Shown here: one piece after another, positions 24,957-42,066 of the stretch | How the letters are laid out: each line of letters starts with the position of its first letter | Position numbering within the stretch: position 1 is the stretch's first letter | Assembly (NCBI GenBank): GCA_037447605.1 | Contig: CM074820.1 | Coordinates: forward strand, 620,001 to 684,000 | Source of the DNA: Zygnema circumcarinatum SAG 698-1b | Lineage: Eukaryota > Plantae > Zygnematophyceae | Direction: 5' to 3' | DNA length: 64,000 nt | Position numbers and translations under genes: made by a program | The notes under the pieces: model-generated | Seen by the model: only the letters and a program-made list of their open reading frames with translations | Database searches by the model: none | What the model was told of the DNA's origin: nothing

Positions 24957-26707
24957 ATGGCTCCTTCACTTAATTCAAATTCATCCCAGGCTGGAAAATG
25001 CGAAGGATCCGACCTCGTTCCAGTTCAGGAAGTAGGCGATGACAACACCCAAACGCACCTGAACATCTCAATGCAGAGCTCACTCACGTCTTTGAGTTTT
25101 CTGACTCCTGCAGCTCAAATGAGAGACCCTTCTTCCAGGGATTCCAAAAAGGAGGGATTGGGGTTCCACGGAACCTCGCATTCAAGTGCCAAAACTAGCT
25201 TGAATTCATCAGAACCGTTGGATGGAGAAAATTCGACTCGATCAAACGTGATCCGTTCAACTACGGCATGTAACCTCTCACATGAAGACACGTGCTATCA
25301 TGCTGAAGATCGTACTACTAGGGAGACTAAATATTCTATGGGGCTCCCAATCTCCACTGAAAAAGACATGGAGAGAAGAGCTGCTGCGTGTAGCGCTAAC
25401 ACTGTTTGCCCTGTCTGTCTGGAAGAGATTATGCCGAACTCCAAAACATGGAACCTTCGAGCAAGCAGCACCAAGGAGGATGATAAAATGGAGAAGAGGT
25501 TGGAGACCGTAACATTGAGGTAAACATAGACTTCTTCGAAACAATTTTTTTCCCTCTCCACAAAGAAATGATAGACAGTGATTAGTGCAGATCATTCGCC
25601 TTTCAAAGAAGCTTAAATTAAAACGTAGGAATGGCATTATTCGTAAAGATTCCATGGAGTTATCAAAGTACTTTGAAGGCTGCTTTGGGTTTCACTATGA
25701 GGCGTAGGAGAATTTCAAGTTCGTCTTCAGTAGTCAAGCAGAAGCAAGTCAACTTGAAACATATTTTGAAGCATTGACTGATTTTGTACTTTTGCGACAG
25801 GTGTGGCCATGAGATGCACCTCTCCTGCATGCTGCCAGGTGTCATCAAAAGAGCAATTCTGGATGACTTCGCCTCCATTGAGTCCCAACAAAGATGCCCT
25901 CTCTGCCGCACCTCTCTCTCTCCCTCTCTCCTCCTCACCCTCTCCGACTGCCGCAGAGTCAGTCAGGAATACTCTCCCTTTATGTGTTCCCCTCAAAACA
26001 ACCACCTTCCTTCGTATATCTATGCAGCCAGTGAGCCACAATTCGTAGATAGCAACATGGAGGTCTCCCAAACTAGACAAAGGCGAGTGAGGGAGTCTGA
26101 GCAAACCACTTGGAATGCAAATTTTGCTCCAACAATTTTTGATGAGCATCAATCCCCGCCTATAGGAATCAACGAGAGGGAAGGACAATACTTTGGAGAC
26201 ACAGTCTCCTCCCAAGGAGAGAGCTTTTCTATTGGTTCTCCCTCTGCACGCTTGATGGAGTCCTCTGCTGCAGCAAGCAGCAGGCAGCTACTGCGAAACT
26301 TTCATGCCGAGGAGGATGATAGGGAGCAGATTGATTTGGAAAGGAACGAACTGCCCCGTCTAGCAACTGAAGGTGTGTACATGGACACCTTGTCACATGC
26401 ATTGATTCGCTATTGAATAATGAGAGGATTAGGGAGAGAGGAAGGCAGGAAGGAAGGGAGTTAGAGGGCCCTAATGAATGCATGAAAGGATATTTTGGCA
26501 ATAACATGTACTGTAAGTAGGGACTGTGAACATTTATTTATATTGAGTGGCCTTTTCTCTCCTTTTTCAACAGAAGCACTGCAAATTGCAGAGGGGACCT
26601 CCCATAACCACTTCACCCGCAGGGCGAGCTCCGCAGCGCACCTTTCCAGCATCTCGCCAAATGCAACAAGGATTCCTATACTCTCAAGAACTGCATTGGA
26701 ACTCTAA
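24957..26707 (+). CDS. RING-H2 zinc-finger protein, paralogue 1 (putative E3 ligase), 3 exons
   Basis: Exons 24957-25519, 25801-26372, 26574-26707; C-x2-C-x34-C-x-H-x2-H-x2-C-x22-C-x2-C split by a phase-2 intron (LR|CGH). Third exon supported by similarity to the matching exon of paralogue 2. Confidence 0.75.
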
Positions 26708-26726
26708 TCAGACGTGCTGAGATCAG

Positions 26727-26802
<76 letters not shown>

Positions 26803-27699
26803 TGAGAGGGGAGGGGGAAGCGAGGGAAAGAGGAACTGAGAGAGCGGAAAAGGTAGAGGGAAGTGGTAGAGAGAGAGGGAGGCCAGGATAAGGAGAGACA
26901 GAGAGATAATACCTTAGACCGTACCTTCAGGTTTACGTTGATTTACTAAATCTATGGACTAAATTATAACGCTAGTAGCTCCCCAAGAAGCTCCCCAGAC
27001 CCCCCAACCCCCCCAACTTGCCGATTCCTTCAAAAAACCACGAGTTCCACTCTTTCACACCTCTCTCTTTCACTACCTTATTACTTTTAAAGGGGTTTAA
27101 GGCATCAACTGCCAGCACATCAAGTTGGCGGGAATCCAAACTTTGTGTGAAATTGGCCTCAAATTATTTCTGTAGAGTTGATGTTATTAAGGGAAAATGG
27201 CCCATACGATTATTCCCTTGTTTTCTGTGGAGTTTTAAAAGGATAGCACCAAGGATTGTTGACGAGCGTGCCAAGATCTGAAGCGATTTGAATCTAGTTT
27301 GTGATTTATGGGTCCAACATGGGTTATTATTGGCTGTCCCTCTTCTAGGGAGGTAACTCATGATTCCATTCCTATCCAGTTCGCTTGTTCAACAAATTTT
27401 CACACTTGAGCCTTCATCGACACATTGTTTGAACTAACCTCGAGCATGAAAGAAGAAGGGGTGGAGACTCCCCACTAAGCTTACTGTCGAGACTGGACGA
27501 ATCACGACCTTCCATGTCAGCACGTCGTACACGTGGCAAATCGTGACTGGCTTTCCGCTTCACGGGGCGGACGCGTTTCACCGACGTGGCGCTGACATGG
27601 CGCTAACGTGGCTGCCACATCACAAGTCTGCCCCTCGCTCCTCCCCCTCTGGCTTTCCTCCTCCTCTGAACCCTCTCCCTTTCTCGCTTTCCCCTGCCA

Positions 27700-28025
27700 C
27701 TGCCACTCCACTCCCACTGCCACTCCCACTCCCACTCCCACTGCCACTCCCACTCCCACTGCCGCTCCCACTCCCACTCCCCATCCCCCTCCCACTCCCC
27801 CTCCCACTCCCACGCCCACTCCCCATCCCCCTCCCCCTCCCCCTCCCACTCCCACTCCCCATCCCCCTCCCCTCCCCTCCCCTCCCCTCCCCTCCCCCTC
27901 CCCCTCCCCCTCCCCCTCCCCCTCCCCCTCCCCCTCCCACTCCCACTCCCACTCCCACTCCCACTCCCCATCCCCCTGCCCCTCCCCCTCCCACTCCCAC
28001 TTCCAATCCCCCCTTTCGACTCCCA
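27700..28025 (+). repeat. C-rich hexamer array (CCCACT/CCCCCT)n
   Basis: Read directly. Confidence 0.85.
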
Positions 28026-28446
28026 ACCCCTTCTTCTCGTAGGGTTTTTTGCTCTTGTAGGGTTACCGTAATAGGGTACGTAGGGTTTCAGGTATTGTTA
28101 GGGGTTCGAGCTGAAAGGCGATATATCTAAATGTACTGAGTCAAGGTATATCGAAACGAGCTGAAATGAGATAATCGATTTTTTTGTGCCAAGGTATATC
28201 GAGTCGAATCAATCGACCGGCGTCCATTTCCGCCGGCAGGCCCGTCCACTCGTCCGCCGAAGCGAGAGAGTGGGAGGGTACCACTCCCAGGCAGAGTACC
28301 AACGTTCCCGACCAATCACAGCCGGCTAAATGGACGGTACGCCGGTTTAGAGCCGGCCGGCGAGCGTCCAATAGCCCCTGCCATCATCGGCTTTCCCTGA
28401 ACCCTCGCTCCCCCCCTTAACCCTTTCTTCCTCCCTTTCTCCCTCT

Positions 28447-28555
28447 TTCAGGGTTTTTAGGGTATATCGGGTTTATGGTTTTTAGGGTATTTTGGGTTAT
28501 AGGGTATATTTCGGGTTTTAGAATATTTCGGGTTTTAGGGTTTAGGGTTTTTAGT
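28447..28555 (+). repeat. Degenerate TTTTAGGG-like cluster
   Basis: Read directly; complementary AAACCCTAAAA units follow at ~28650-28680. Confidence 0.7.
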
Positions 28556-29201
28556 GTTTGCCTTGTTCCGCTTCCCCTCCCCTCCCTTTAAAAACCATCC
28601 TCCACCCTTCTCCCCTCATATCAGAAGCGCTTTGTGAACCACTTTCCCCCAAACCCTAAAATCCCTAAAACCCTAAAAACTTGAACGATTAGACGACGTC
28701 TCGAGCCGAACACTTTTATAAGACACTCCATGGAAGATCATCTTCTCATTTGCATCAACAACAAAAGACTCTAAGAAGCAGCAACAATGGCCTTCATTGA
28801 CATTCATCCTTCAAACAACACGACATGGTTCCGACAATGTCGCACAACAAACAATTGCCCATCAATCTATAATTGCAAATTTAAAATAAAATAAAAATAG
28901 ACATGCCCAAACTCTCCTCCCTTTACATGGCTCGTCCTGAACCCCACTCTCAAATGACTCTTAAAAAAAAAAAATGCTACTGACATTAAACTCGAAACGC
29001 TAAACCCTGCAGCTCTTGCAAAAACGAAAAGGACTGCAATGACTCGTGATTGGAGAGGCCCACTTTTGTGATTATTTTCCTTCGAGAAGAACGGTTAACC
29101 TCTTCGCCTTTTTTCCATGAATAAGAAATTTCCACCTTCGCCCACTGAAATCTTCCCCTTCAGACTCCGAATCCATCCCCTCGAAACCATCAAATCCCAC
29201 T

Positions 29202-29312
29202 TCACACTTTTCGCGCTCTAACGGATTTCATGAACCCACAAAGGACCCCAATTTTTATTTGCCTTATTGCCCATATGTTCCACATCGGCCTCATTATCAA
29301 TTCCAATTCCTC

Positions 29313-29346
<34 letters not shown>

Positions 29347-29445
29347 ATAGAAAGAGTGAGAGAGGCAGAAGAGAGAGAGCGAGAGAGAGTGAGAGAGAGA
29401 GAAAAATAGAAAGAGTGAGAGAGAGAGAGCGAGAGAGAGAGAGAG

Positions 29446-29504
<59 letters not shown>

Positions 29505-30660
29505 GAGAGATTCTCCTCCTGCTCCCAAATGACCCCCATCCATCCATCCATCTCACCTCATCTACGCCTTTGCGTCACCTTCAGAATGCCTCCCCCCTTT
29601 ACCTTCCCTTTGGCCCTACTACCTCCTTCACCTTCACTTCGGGAAGCCCACGATTTTGTGACACCGGAGGACTATTCCGCTGAACTTTATTCATCAAAGC
29701 GGAGGTCAACGAAGATTCCGAATCCTGAATTCGGGACCTTGAGTTCGCCCTTCCAGTAAGGTTAAATAGTTGTTCCGGGAAGATTTGAGAAACCTTGAAC
29801 TCGCCAGGGCTGGGAGGGCTGTGATTGTGGGCAGTGCCGCGGTAAATCACGCGGATGAGATTGGAGGCCACCCGCTCCACCTGTTCCATGCAGCGGAAAT
29901 CCGTCGTCAGTCAGCCTTCGGGGAAATTTGCGATGATGCAGCATAGGTTTTCTTACAGCGGAGGGGGAGGAGAAGGGGGGAANNNNNNNNNNGGAGTGAG
30001 AAAGGGAGAGGTGCATTCTCAGTTGCTGACTTTACCTGCTTTTTCATTCTGCAGCTGGGAGCTTTGCATTTGTAATAAGCCCTGCAGTCCAATGCAAGGC
30101 CACTGTCTGAGCGAGAGGGAGAGAGTCGAGAGTCACGCGGGTGAGGGATGTAGGCTGGAGGTGCAGGAGATGAGGCAAGTGACGAGGAGGCGGGAGGACA
30201 AGCGAGCATAGATGGATAGGGGTAGAATAGGATTCGGAAGGAGTAGCAGGCAGGGGGGAGGGAAATAGAGATCTACAGGCTCGTGAAGGTGGGTAGAGAG
30301 AGAGAGAGAGAGAAGGGGGGGAGAGAGAGTGAAAAAGTGAGTTAGACAGTGGGAGGGGAGAGTGAGAAGTAAGTGGAGAGGGAGAGCATCAGGTAGCAAT
30401 AAACAAAGTCTACCGTAGTCTACCTCCCGCCCGTGCCAGACCCAGGTTCCATTTCTTTAGTTATCCAAAATCCGTTTTTTCAAACGCCCCAAAATGTGTA
30501 CTCCTCACCTGGGATTCGGGCTCGCCTTTGGAACCTTCTGTCCGTACTTGCGCCAGCTGTAGCCGTCTGATAGGTTGTCGTCCGTCGTGGGAACCTCGAT
30601 GGCGCGGATGGGGGTCATGGGGGTCATGGGGAGGCCCCCGGCGGGCTGGGGTTTAGACAT
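29202..30660 (-). CDS. Single-domain WRKY transcription factor (C2H2 finger); 3' end uncertain
   Basis: Exons 30509-30660, 30036-30081, then from 29880: DGYSWRKYGQKVPKASPNPR|AYYKCKAPSCRMKKQ|VERVASNLIRVIYRGTAHNH, giving C-x4-C-x22-H-x-H. Last exon and stop not resolved. Confidence 0.85.
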
Positions 30661-32109
30661 GGATCAAAATTTTAGGGTTCAGAGCAATGTAGGGGCTAGG
30701 ACAGAAGTGAAATTAATTATAGATGTCACAGGAGGGTATATGTTCGTTTCTAAAATTTGAATCATCTTTCCATCACTTCACATTTCCTGAACCCTTCCTA
30801 TTCCTGTCTTTGAGGGGACTTCAGATCGGCCGAGGCCTTAACCCTAAACCCTTAACCCCCCCCCCCGAACCCTGCCTCCCCCCAGAAGCCCTACCAAAAC
30901 CCCGACCAATCAGAGGGCTCGAAACTGCGAGGGAGGGGACACACGGCGGGCGGCCATTTGGGGGCAGAATTTTTTTACGGATGCGGACGTAATTCGTTTC
31001 TTTTGGTGACGTCATCCATTTGAATTTGATTCTTCATCATTCAGTTCCTTCGATTAGAAATTAGGACCGGTGAGGCGCACACCAACAACAGATTTTGTGA
31101 CAGCTGTAAAGTCACTAGATTCTTTTATTCGACCAATCAGAAGCCACCGACAAACTGACAGCTGTGCAGCTTCCGTGTTGTGGGAATCTGGTCGGGCGGG
31201 AAATTTGTCGTATATTCATAAGTTCTGAGATATCGTCAGCTCACCGTTATACTGACGATATCGATCGGTTGGTGCCGCAGGTCACCTGCGGCAGGTGACG
31301 CTGATACCGGCCGGCCACAGTTCTGCCGTCCGGCGGACCCTGCTGTACATTGCGGGGTTGCCAGCGCCGGCAAGTTCTGTCGGTCAACCGGCTGGATCGG
31401 GGCGATACGTCGGTGATATTTCGATATTTGTGGGCGTTACGCAAATGACAAACCAATCTGCCAGTCGAAAAAACGACAGTGGTTCGTGGAGGATTTCAAT
31501 GTGCGTGTAGCGCTCCTGGCTGTGGGGCTTACATAGTACTATGTTAATTTGTACTATCTACACACCTTTTTGTCTAAATACACACCTTTTAAAATTTAAA
31601 AAAGAACCCTTGCAATCATTGGCGACCAACCATTGGCAATCAATAGTTGGCCATTATATGCACATCCCATGACTCGATCTGCGCAGTGTCTGGCATGTCC
31701 TTCGGTCCTTTGCGCCCAGTTCCTCGTAGTTTCCCATGATGATGTTGGCCATGTACATTTGATGGCATCATCGCCATCGTGAGATCAATGCCACATCCTC
31801 CCTCTGTCAAGGCACAAAATGGCATGGCATAAAAAAAATCGGTAATGGTAGTCCCAACGAAAATTCAAGTCTTTATCTATACATTGAAGATTAACTTAAC
31901 CTGTTTAAAAAGTCTAAATTCCATTAGAACATATTTCAACAACCATTTCTGATATTCGTTGAATGCTGCTCCCTATTCTGGTTTCACCGAAAACGTAGAT
32001 ATGCTGCAGATTATGTGTTAAATAACCCTGAAACTTCTCTACCATTGATCTCAAGTTTAGTCACTTAAATTTAGTCACTGACTCAAACGTCGTTCTTGAT
32101 ACGAAAAGT

Positions 32110-35596
<3,487 letters not shown>

Positions 35597-35989
35597 GTCC
35601 TGTTCATTCACATGACATACAAAAAGAACGAAAAATTTAGTTACATCTAAAAATTAAACCTCACTCAGTCAATGAACAATATAGTTAGTCTATTTCCAGT
35701 ACGGATTTCATCAAACTTTTAGGTTCATTCCTTGTACTGATTCAGAGGCGAAACATAGAACGTTCACTTACGTGGACTTAAGCTCCTCGTTCTTCCCCTA
35801 AACTCGCCGCAGAAGCACGTTTCTTTCCTTTTCTTCTTTGAATTCGTCCTATCCTCCTCAACTGTGACGTGATTCCCTCTACCTTCCCTCAATCAGTTTC
35901 GCTCCCTTTTTCTAGTTTAGCCCTTTCGCTCTCCCTTACCGTGTCTTGTCACTCCCTCGGTGACTCCTACCACCGTAGGGCTCCCGCTC

Positions 35990-36880
35990 GCTTCTTTATT
36001 TCTCTCGAAGAATCTCTACTTTTCTTGGTTCCGTCCTTAAAACCTCTCCCTCTCTCGATCTCCCTTTACCGCTACTTCTCCCTCTCCCTCTCCCACTGTA
36101 GCTCTCCCTTTCCCCTCGCACTCCCTCTTCTTTCTCCTCTCTCCCTCTCCTTCTCCCTCTCCTTCTCCCCCTCGCCCTCCCCCTTTTCCTCTCTCTCTCC
36201 CACTCCGACTCCCCCGCTTTGACCCTCCCCTTCCCTCTCCCTCTCCCACTCTCGCTCTCCCTTTCCGTCTCCCTCTCCCTCCCTCGCTCTCCCTTTCCCT
36301 CTCCTCCTACCTCTCCCACTCTCGCTCTCCCTTTCCCTCCCGCTCTCCCTCTCCCACTCCTCTCTTTCTCACTCTCCCTTTTTCTCGCTCTTCCTGTCCG
36401 ACTCCCACTCCCTCTCCCCTTACACCTCTCCCTCTCTCCCTCCTTCCTTCCTCTCGCTTTTCCTCTCCTTCTCCCTTACCTCTCCCCCTCTCCCTCCCTA
36501 CCTTTCCCTTTCCCTCTCGTTCTCCCTCTTGCTCTCCCTATCCCCTTCCTTCCCCTTCCCCCTCTACCTCTCCCACTCCTACTCCCTCTCCCTCTCTCTC
36601 TCGCTCTCCCGTGCTCCCTCGCTCTCCCTCTCTCACTCCTCTCTCTCTCACTCTTCCTGTCCGACTCCCTCTCCCTCTCCCTCTCCCTTTCCCTCTCCCC
36701 TTAACACCTCTCCCTCTACCCCTCCTTCCTTCCTCTCGCTTTCCCTCTCCTTCTCCCTTACCTCTCCCCCTCTCCCTCTCGACCTCTCCCTTTCCCTCTC
36801 GTTCTCCCTCTCACTCTCCCTCTCCCCTTCCCCTTTTCCTCCCACTCCCTGACCCTCTCCCTCTCCCTCTCCGTGCATGC
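35990..36880 (+). repeat. ~0.9-kb polypyrimidine low-complexity tract upstream of RING paralogue 2
   Basis: Almost only C/T; internal imperfect duplication (~36390-36500 vs ~36655-36780). Confidence 0.85.
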
Positions 36881-37114
36881 AAGGAGCGCCGAGCGGAGCG
36901 GCTTTTCAGTGCCCGCCGACGGTCTCGTCTAGTGCTCGCCCGATGTGTCGCGTGACAACACGTGACGCGACGTGGTGACGTGACGTGATAGGACCGCCGG
37001 TCGCGAAATTGACATGAAACCTGCGACCTCAAAAAATTCGTTCCAAATCCATCTCTAGCGCGGGGTTTGGCTCCGACAACAACAATGGAACAATGCATGC
37101 AGGTGCATGCAATA

Positions 37115-37328
37115 GGGGGAGTCAGACTTTGACCATCGCCAAATCAATTGAGCAAGCCTGTCGGGCGAATTTAAAAGCGTTGGCTAGGTACGCATTTCGG
37201 TACGGCTGTGTACAGCGGAGCCGCGGATCCCAACCTGGAATTCGTACGGTACACGAAATTTTGATTTTTAGTACGGTATACTAAAATTTGGGAATTTAGT
37301 ACGGCTTTGGTCAATGGCTGACTCCCCC
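37115..37328. mobile_element. MITE, 214 bp, TA-flanked
   Basis: TIR GGGGGAGTCAGactTTGACCA vs GGGGGAGTCAGccaTTGACCA (21 bp, 2 mismatches), TA on both sides; internal GTACGG repeats. Confidence 0.75.
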
Positions 37329-38483
37329 TAATGCTTGCTTCGTGTCGTTTGGAATTTCGATTCAACATGGTGGGGCGGTTTTGGTTCTCAAAATTCAGAT
37401 TCAAAAACGAAGCAACCGATGTTTTATAATCGTTTCGACTGTGAAACATTGTCCTGTTGCGCTTTCCATTGTGTTCCATGCCCATGTTTTTCAGTTCATG
37501 CTTTACATGAACCAAATTAATGGCTTTCTATTCAATGTTGGCGTTGTGAACAATTTTGAAACACAAGTATGAATGTAACTCGAACATCAAATCCAAAATT
37601 TTAGAACACATGTCAAATCACGCATGACTATACTGAAGACGCGAGAACAAACAAGAATGGAAATAAAATGGCAATTACCTCCTTTTTAAACGACATAAAA
37701 TATTCAAAATCAAAAGTAAACCGGAACTACTTTCTAATTACATGTTCACAAGCAGAACCCATTACACACAATATACAATTTGTACGAAATTTGGCTCTCT
37801 GCTACCTGCAAGGTAGATCACGGAATTACTTACTGGGTGTAACTAAACAATCTGCACATGGAAAGTACAAAACNNNNNNNNNNNNNNNNNNNNNNNNNNN
37901 NNNNNNNNNNNNNNNNNNNNNNNNNNNNNNNNNNNNNNNNNNNNNNNNNNNNNNNNNNNNNNNNNNNNNNNNNAGTCCTCCTCCCTCCTCTCTCCCCCAC
38001 TCCCTTCTCCCCCTCTTTCCCCTCCACCCCCCTCCCTCCCTCCCTCCTTCCGTCCCTCCACTCCCTCCCTCCCTCCCTCCCTCCGTCTCTCCCCCACTCC
38101 CCTTCTCCCCCCTCTTTCCCCCTCCCTCCCTCCCTCTCTCCCTCCCTCCCTCCCTGCCTCCCTCCCTCTCCCTCTCCCTCTCACCCATCCATTCCTCCCT
38201 CCCTCTCTCCCGCTCGTCCTCTCGTCCCTCTCTTTCCCCCTCACCCCTCCCTCCCTCTCCCTCTCCCTCTCACCCATCCATCCTCCCTCCCTCTCTTTCA
38301 CTCCTCTTCATCCTCTTCTCCCTCTCACCCCTCCTCCTCTCTACCCCCAATCTCCCTCCTTCCCTCCTCCCTCCTCTCTTTCTCTCCTCTCTCCCTCTCC
38401 CTCTCTCCCTCTCCCTCTCCCTCTCCCTCTCCCTCTCTTTCCCTCTCCCTCTCTCTCCCTCTCTCTCCCTCTCCCTCCCCTAC

Positions 38484-40306
38484 CTCGCGTGGTTGCCCTC
38501 CCTCATCCGGTGGATGTAGTCGTAGAGAGGGAGGAGGCGGCCCTTCGACGCAACGCAGGCGCGTCGCATGGAAGGGGGGGCCAGTTCGGGACACGTGGCA
38601 GCCGCCAGAGGCGCCACGAAGGCACACAACGCCTCTCCGAAATGTTTTGTCGCCTGCCCGGAAAAAGAAATAAATGAGAAATTCGGAAAATTGGGCACTG
38701 AATTTGACATTTGAGACAGATTTTGGGACGGATTTTGAATGGAAAGAGCATGGACCCGCACCTCTTTGGGAAATTCCGCGGGTAAAATATCGACTGCAAG
38801 AAATAACAATCCTGGGCCGCCCATGTCTTTGTGGTAGACCTCCTTAAGGGGATCGTACCTAAAAAAAAGGAAAAAAACATCTTTTTACTTATTCCACTAG
38901 CACTTTCTTAGAAATTTCTTCAGGATTATTAGGATCTGATTGGGTTTCTAGATCATGGTAAAATAAGAAGCCTGTAAGAAAAATATTTATTACAGGAAGA
39001 AGGGGTCTTCAATTGTCGTGGAGCGGTGAAGGCACTCTATGGACCCTCCGACGTCACATGTGATGTCAGCAACGCCCAACAGCCGCCGTTCCGTAATTTT
39101 CTTCAACTGTTCCGTTGTGAGCAGCCGAGGGTACATTGGCTCCCAATACATGCAATTAACTTCAAAAAAAAAAAAAAGGGGTAAGCCAAAAAGTATACAA
39201 ATCAAATAAAATAGCCGTAAAGAGAATCACATTGAAGGTCAACGTTCGAGTCAAGTTTGAGTTTTTCGCATCAACAGTACTGAGCGACTGAACTGCGCAT
39301 ATAAACGGTAGATAGAGCGAGGTCGAAACTAGCTAACCTCGCGTGCTTAACATGTGAGATACATGTGAAAGGCCTAAAATCCGTTACCGATAACAGACGC
39401 ATACGGAGCGATTTTCTCATGGAACACCGGTCGGTACAGTTCCGGACGCAAGTAGTACTCCCCCTGCATCATGCAACACAACATTGACATTGTACGGAGA
39501 AAGTCCCTCCCCCTCCCCTCCCCCTCCCCCTCCCTCTCCCTCTCCCTGTCCCTCTTCCCCTCCCTCTCTCTCTCCCTCTTCCCGTCCCTCACTCTCTCCC
39601 TCTTTCCCTCCCTCTCCCTCTCCCTTTTCCCCTCCCTCTCCATCTCCCTCTTTCCCTTCCTCTCCCTCTTCCCTTCCCTCTCCCTCTCCCTCTTTCCCTT
39701 CTTCTCCCTCTTCCCCTCCCTCTCCCTGTCCTTCTACCTCTCCTATCTCCTTCTCTCTCATCCTCTCTCCCTTTCCACCTCCGTTCAGATCACATGTAAC
39801 TCTTTCCCCTCACCAAACAGAACGTAGATCCTTATCTTAAAACAATAGACACAAAAAGAAAAGAAAGGCAGAAAAAAGAACCTTATCAAAAGTGGCCTCC
39901 GGGTTCAAAGGTTCAACCATTTCCTTCGCACTCACAACAGTTCCGTACAGAAGGAAAGAAGATTTTCCCCACAAATTTTGCTGAAAAATAATACTCCAAA
40001 AAAAACACATACGTAAAATTTTCCGGTTTTCGGCACCTTGACATCGACCGAGGCTCAAAATGACACCTCAATTCCTTCAACAAGAAAAAAAAAATGAAGT
40101 CGTTTTGAATCCCGTGCAGGAAATTAGACAAGATAATGCAAATTTTATTTTTTTTAGGGCCTGCGATTTGTGGAAGCAGCACATTGGGACGTGACGTGAC
40201 ATCCTCCACCAGGCGAGGGAGGTCGGAAGCTTCCACCATGCGGTGAGGGAGGAGGCGGAACACCTCCTGCGCTCCTTGAGATACTGGAGGGAGAGAGAGA
40301 GAGAGG

Positions 40307-40356
<50 letters not shown>

Positions 40357-42066
40357 NNNNNNNNNNAGAGGCGCCACGAAGGCACACAACGCCTCTCCGA
40401 AATGTTTTGTCGCCTGCCCGGAAAAAGAAATAAATGAGAAATTCGGAAAATTGGGCACTGAATTTGACATTTGAGACAGATTTTGGGACGGATTTTGAAT
40501 GGAAAGAGCATGGACCCGCACCTCTTTGGGAAATTCCGCGGGTAAAATATCGACTGCAAGAAATAACAATCCTGGGCCGCCCATGTCTTTGTGGTAGACC
40601 TCCTTAAGGGGATCGTACCTAAAAAAAAGGAAAAAAACATCTTTTTACTTATTCCACTAGCACTTTCTTAGAAATTTCTTCAGGATTATTAGGATCTGAT
40701 TGGGTTTCTAGATCATGGTAAAATAAGAAGCCTGTAAGAAAAATATTTATTACAGGAAGAAGGGGTCTTCAATTGTCGTGGAGCGGTGAAGGCACTCTAT
40801 GGACCCTCCGACGTCACATGTGATGTCAGCAACGCCCAACAGCCGCCGTTCCGTAATTTTCTTCAACTGTTCCGTTGTGAGCAGCCGAGGGTACATTGGC
40901 TCCCAATACATGCAATTAACTTCAAAAAAAAAAAAAAGGGGTAAGCCAAAAAGTATACAAATCAAATAAAATAGCCGTAAAGAGAATCACATTGAAGGTC
41001 AACGTTCGAGTCAAGTTTGAGTTTTTCGCATCAACAGTACTGAGCGACTGAACTGCGCATATAAACGGTAGATAGAGCGAGGTCGAAACTAGCTAACCTC
41101 GCGTGCTTAACATGTGAGATACATGTGAAAGGCCTAAAATCCGTTACCGATAACAGACGCATACGGAGCGATTTTCTCATGGAACACCGGTCGGTACAGT
41201 TCCGGACGCAAGTAGTACTCCCCCTGCATCATGCAACACAACATTGACATTGTACGGAGAAAGTCCCTCCCCCTCCCCTCCCCCTCCCCCTCCCTCTCCC
41301 TCTCCCTGTCCCTCTTCCCCTCCCTCTCTCTCTCCCTCTTCCCGTCCCTCACTCTCTCCCTCTTTCCCTCCCTCTCCCTCTCCCTTTTCCCCTCCCTCTC
41401 CATCTCCCTCTTTCCCTTCCTCTCCCTCTTCCCTTCCCTCTCCCTCTCCCTCTTTCCCTTCTTCTCCCTCTTCCCCTCCCTCTCCCTGTCCTTCTACCTC
41501 TCCTATCTCCTTCTCTCTCATCCTCTCTCCCTTTCCACCTCCGTTCAGATCACATGTAACTCTTTCCCCTCACCAAACAGAACGTAGATCCTTATCTTAA
41601 AACAATAGACACAAAAAGAAAAGAAAGGCAGAAAAAAGAACCTTATCAAAAGTGGCCTCCGGGTTCAAAGGTTCAACCATTTCCTTCGCACTCACAACAG
41701 TTCCGTACAGAAGGAAAGAAGATTTTCCCCACAAATTTTGCTGAAAAATAATACTCCAAAAAAAACACATACGTAAAATTTTCCGGTTTTCGGCACCTTG
41801 ACATCGACCGAGGCTCAAAATGACACCTCAATTCCTTCAACAAGAAAAAAAAAATGAAGTCGTTTTGAATCCCGTGCAGGAAATTAGACAAGATAATGCA
41901 AATTTTATTTTTTTTAGGGCCTGCGATTTGTGGAAGCAGCACATTGGGACGTGACGTGACATCCTCCACCAGGCGAGGGAGGTCGGAAGCTTCCACCATG
42001 CGGTGAGGGAGGAGGCGGAACACCTCCTGCGCTCCTTGAGATACTGGAGGGAGAGAGAGAGAGAGG

